Of a stretch of 59,778 nucleotides of DNA, positions 59,652 through 59,778 are shown piece by piece. The translations under genes and the position numbers were made by a program. Location of the stretch: the IMG/VR virus record IMGVR_UViG_3300027296_000001, positions 1-59,778 of that record. One strand, given 5' to 3'. Under the pieces are notes generated by a model. It did no database searches, had not been told where the DNA came from, and worked only from the letters and a program-made list of their open reading frames with translations. Position 1 is the first letter of the stretch. Every line of letters begins with the position of its first letter. The DNA comes from a virus.

Positions 59652-59778
59652 ACCGTTCTCGTTCGCCGTCTGTGCCGACTTTGCCGACCCATCGAATTGG
59701 CGGAAAACCCTATAAAACAAGGTAATCTCTGGTGCCGGCTGAGGGGATTGAACCCCCGACCTTCGGTTTACAAAACCG
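59652..59778. repeat. attR copy of a perfect direct repeat of at least 127 bp (cut by the window edge)
   Basis: Identical to 1-127. The true repeat end cannot be seen because the window stops here. Confidence 0.95.
59730..59778 (-). tRNA. tRNA-Thr(UGU), 3' portion only; the gene runs off the right window edge
   Basis: Same T-arm, acceptor, CCA and anticodon-loop sequence as 79-127. It is presumed to be the intact copy, because the left copy is broken. Confidence 0.6.

Larger units (their letters stand above)
1..59778. mobile_element. Integrated temperate siphovirus-type prophage, attL to attR (the window is the whole element)
   Basis: Perfect terminal direct repeats. Integrase and xis sit at the left end. 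The lysogeny switch, replication, packaging, head, tail and lysis modules follow in canonical order. Confidence 0.9.

Noticed and set aside
1-59778. IS elements, transposases, rRNA, retron or DGR reverse transcriptases, and recognisable restriction-modification or other named defence systems.
   Set aside because: I saw no transposase-like, RT-like, Cas-like or restriction-endonuclease-like motifs in any long ORF. The only methyltransferase (MT-A70) has no adjacent nuclease candidate apart from the ParB-fold protein.

Overview
The window is a single, apparently complete temperate prophage of about 59.5 kb in a high-GC host. The GTA-like tail genes suggest an alphaproteobacterium, but that is an inference.

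Boundaries: a perfect direct repeat of at least 127 bp (1-127 = 59652-59778) sits exactly at the two window edges. It contains the 3' part of a tRNA-Thr(UGU) gene on the minus strand.

Gene order, left to right:
- attL, tyrosine integrase and an excisionase-like HTH.
- A leftward early operon of about 13 small ORFs, including a PP-loop PAPS-reductase-like enzyme.
- A cI-like S24 repressor and a divergent cro-like gene, with ATGCAA-N-TTGCAT operators.
- A gene-poor leader of about 1.1 kb carrying three covarying hairpins.
- A long, translationally coupled rightward early operon: LAGLIDADG endonuclease, DUF5131/Gp37-Gp68, ParB-fold DGQHR protein, MT-A70 methylase, a second ParB-like protein, a DUF551 protein, a CHC2-Toprim primase and an SF3 helicase.
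- An iteron-rich putative origin.
- An NGN-only NusG-like protein followed by two tandem intrinsic terminators.
- The late operon: HNH, terS, terL, portal, prohead protease, HK97-type capsid, glycosyltransferase and head-spike-like genes.
- A nested RHH, small membrane protein and tyrosine-recombinase module.
- Connectors, a TP901/GTA-type major tail protein, a chaperone with a GGGAAAA -1 frameshift, tape measure, NlpC/P60 peptidase, host-specificity protein and an SGNH tail fibre.
- A lysis cassette: C-terminally anchored endolysin, overlapping spanins and an RlpA-like protein.
- Four minus-strand cargo genes, then attR.

I found no CRISPR array, rRNA or IS element.

The least-explained loci are:
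- The hairpin-bearing leader at 7312-8053.
- The recombinase module embedded in the structural operon (40018-41546).
- The early DNA-modification-like cluster (11090-15130, plus 4150-5217).
- Two small antisense cassettes inside the late operon.

All functional calls rest on motif recognition by eye. No database search was run, and many start codons are uncertain.
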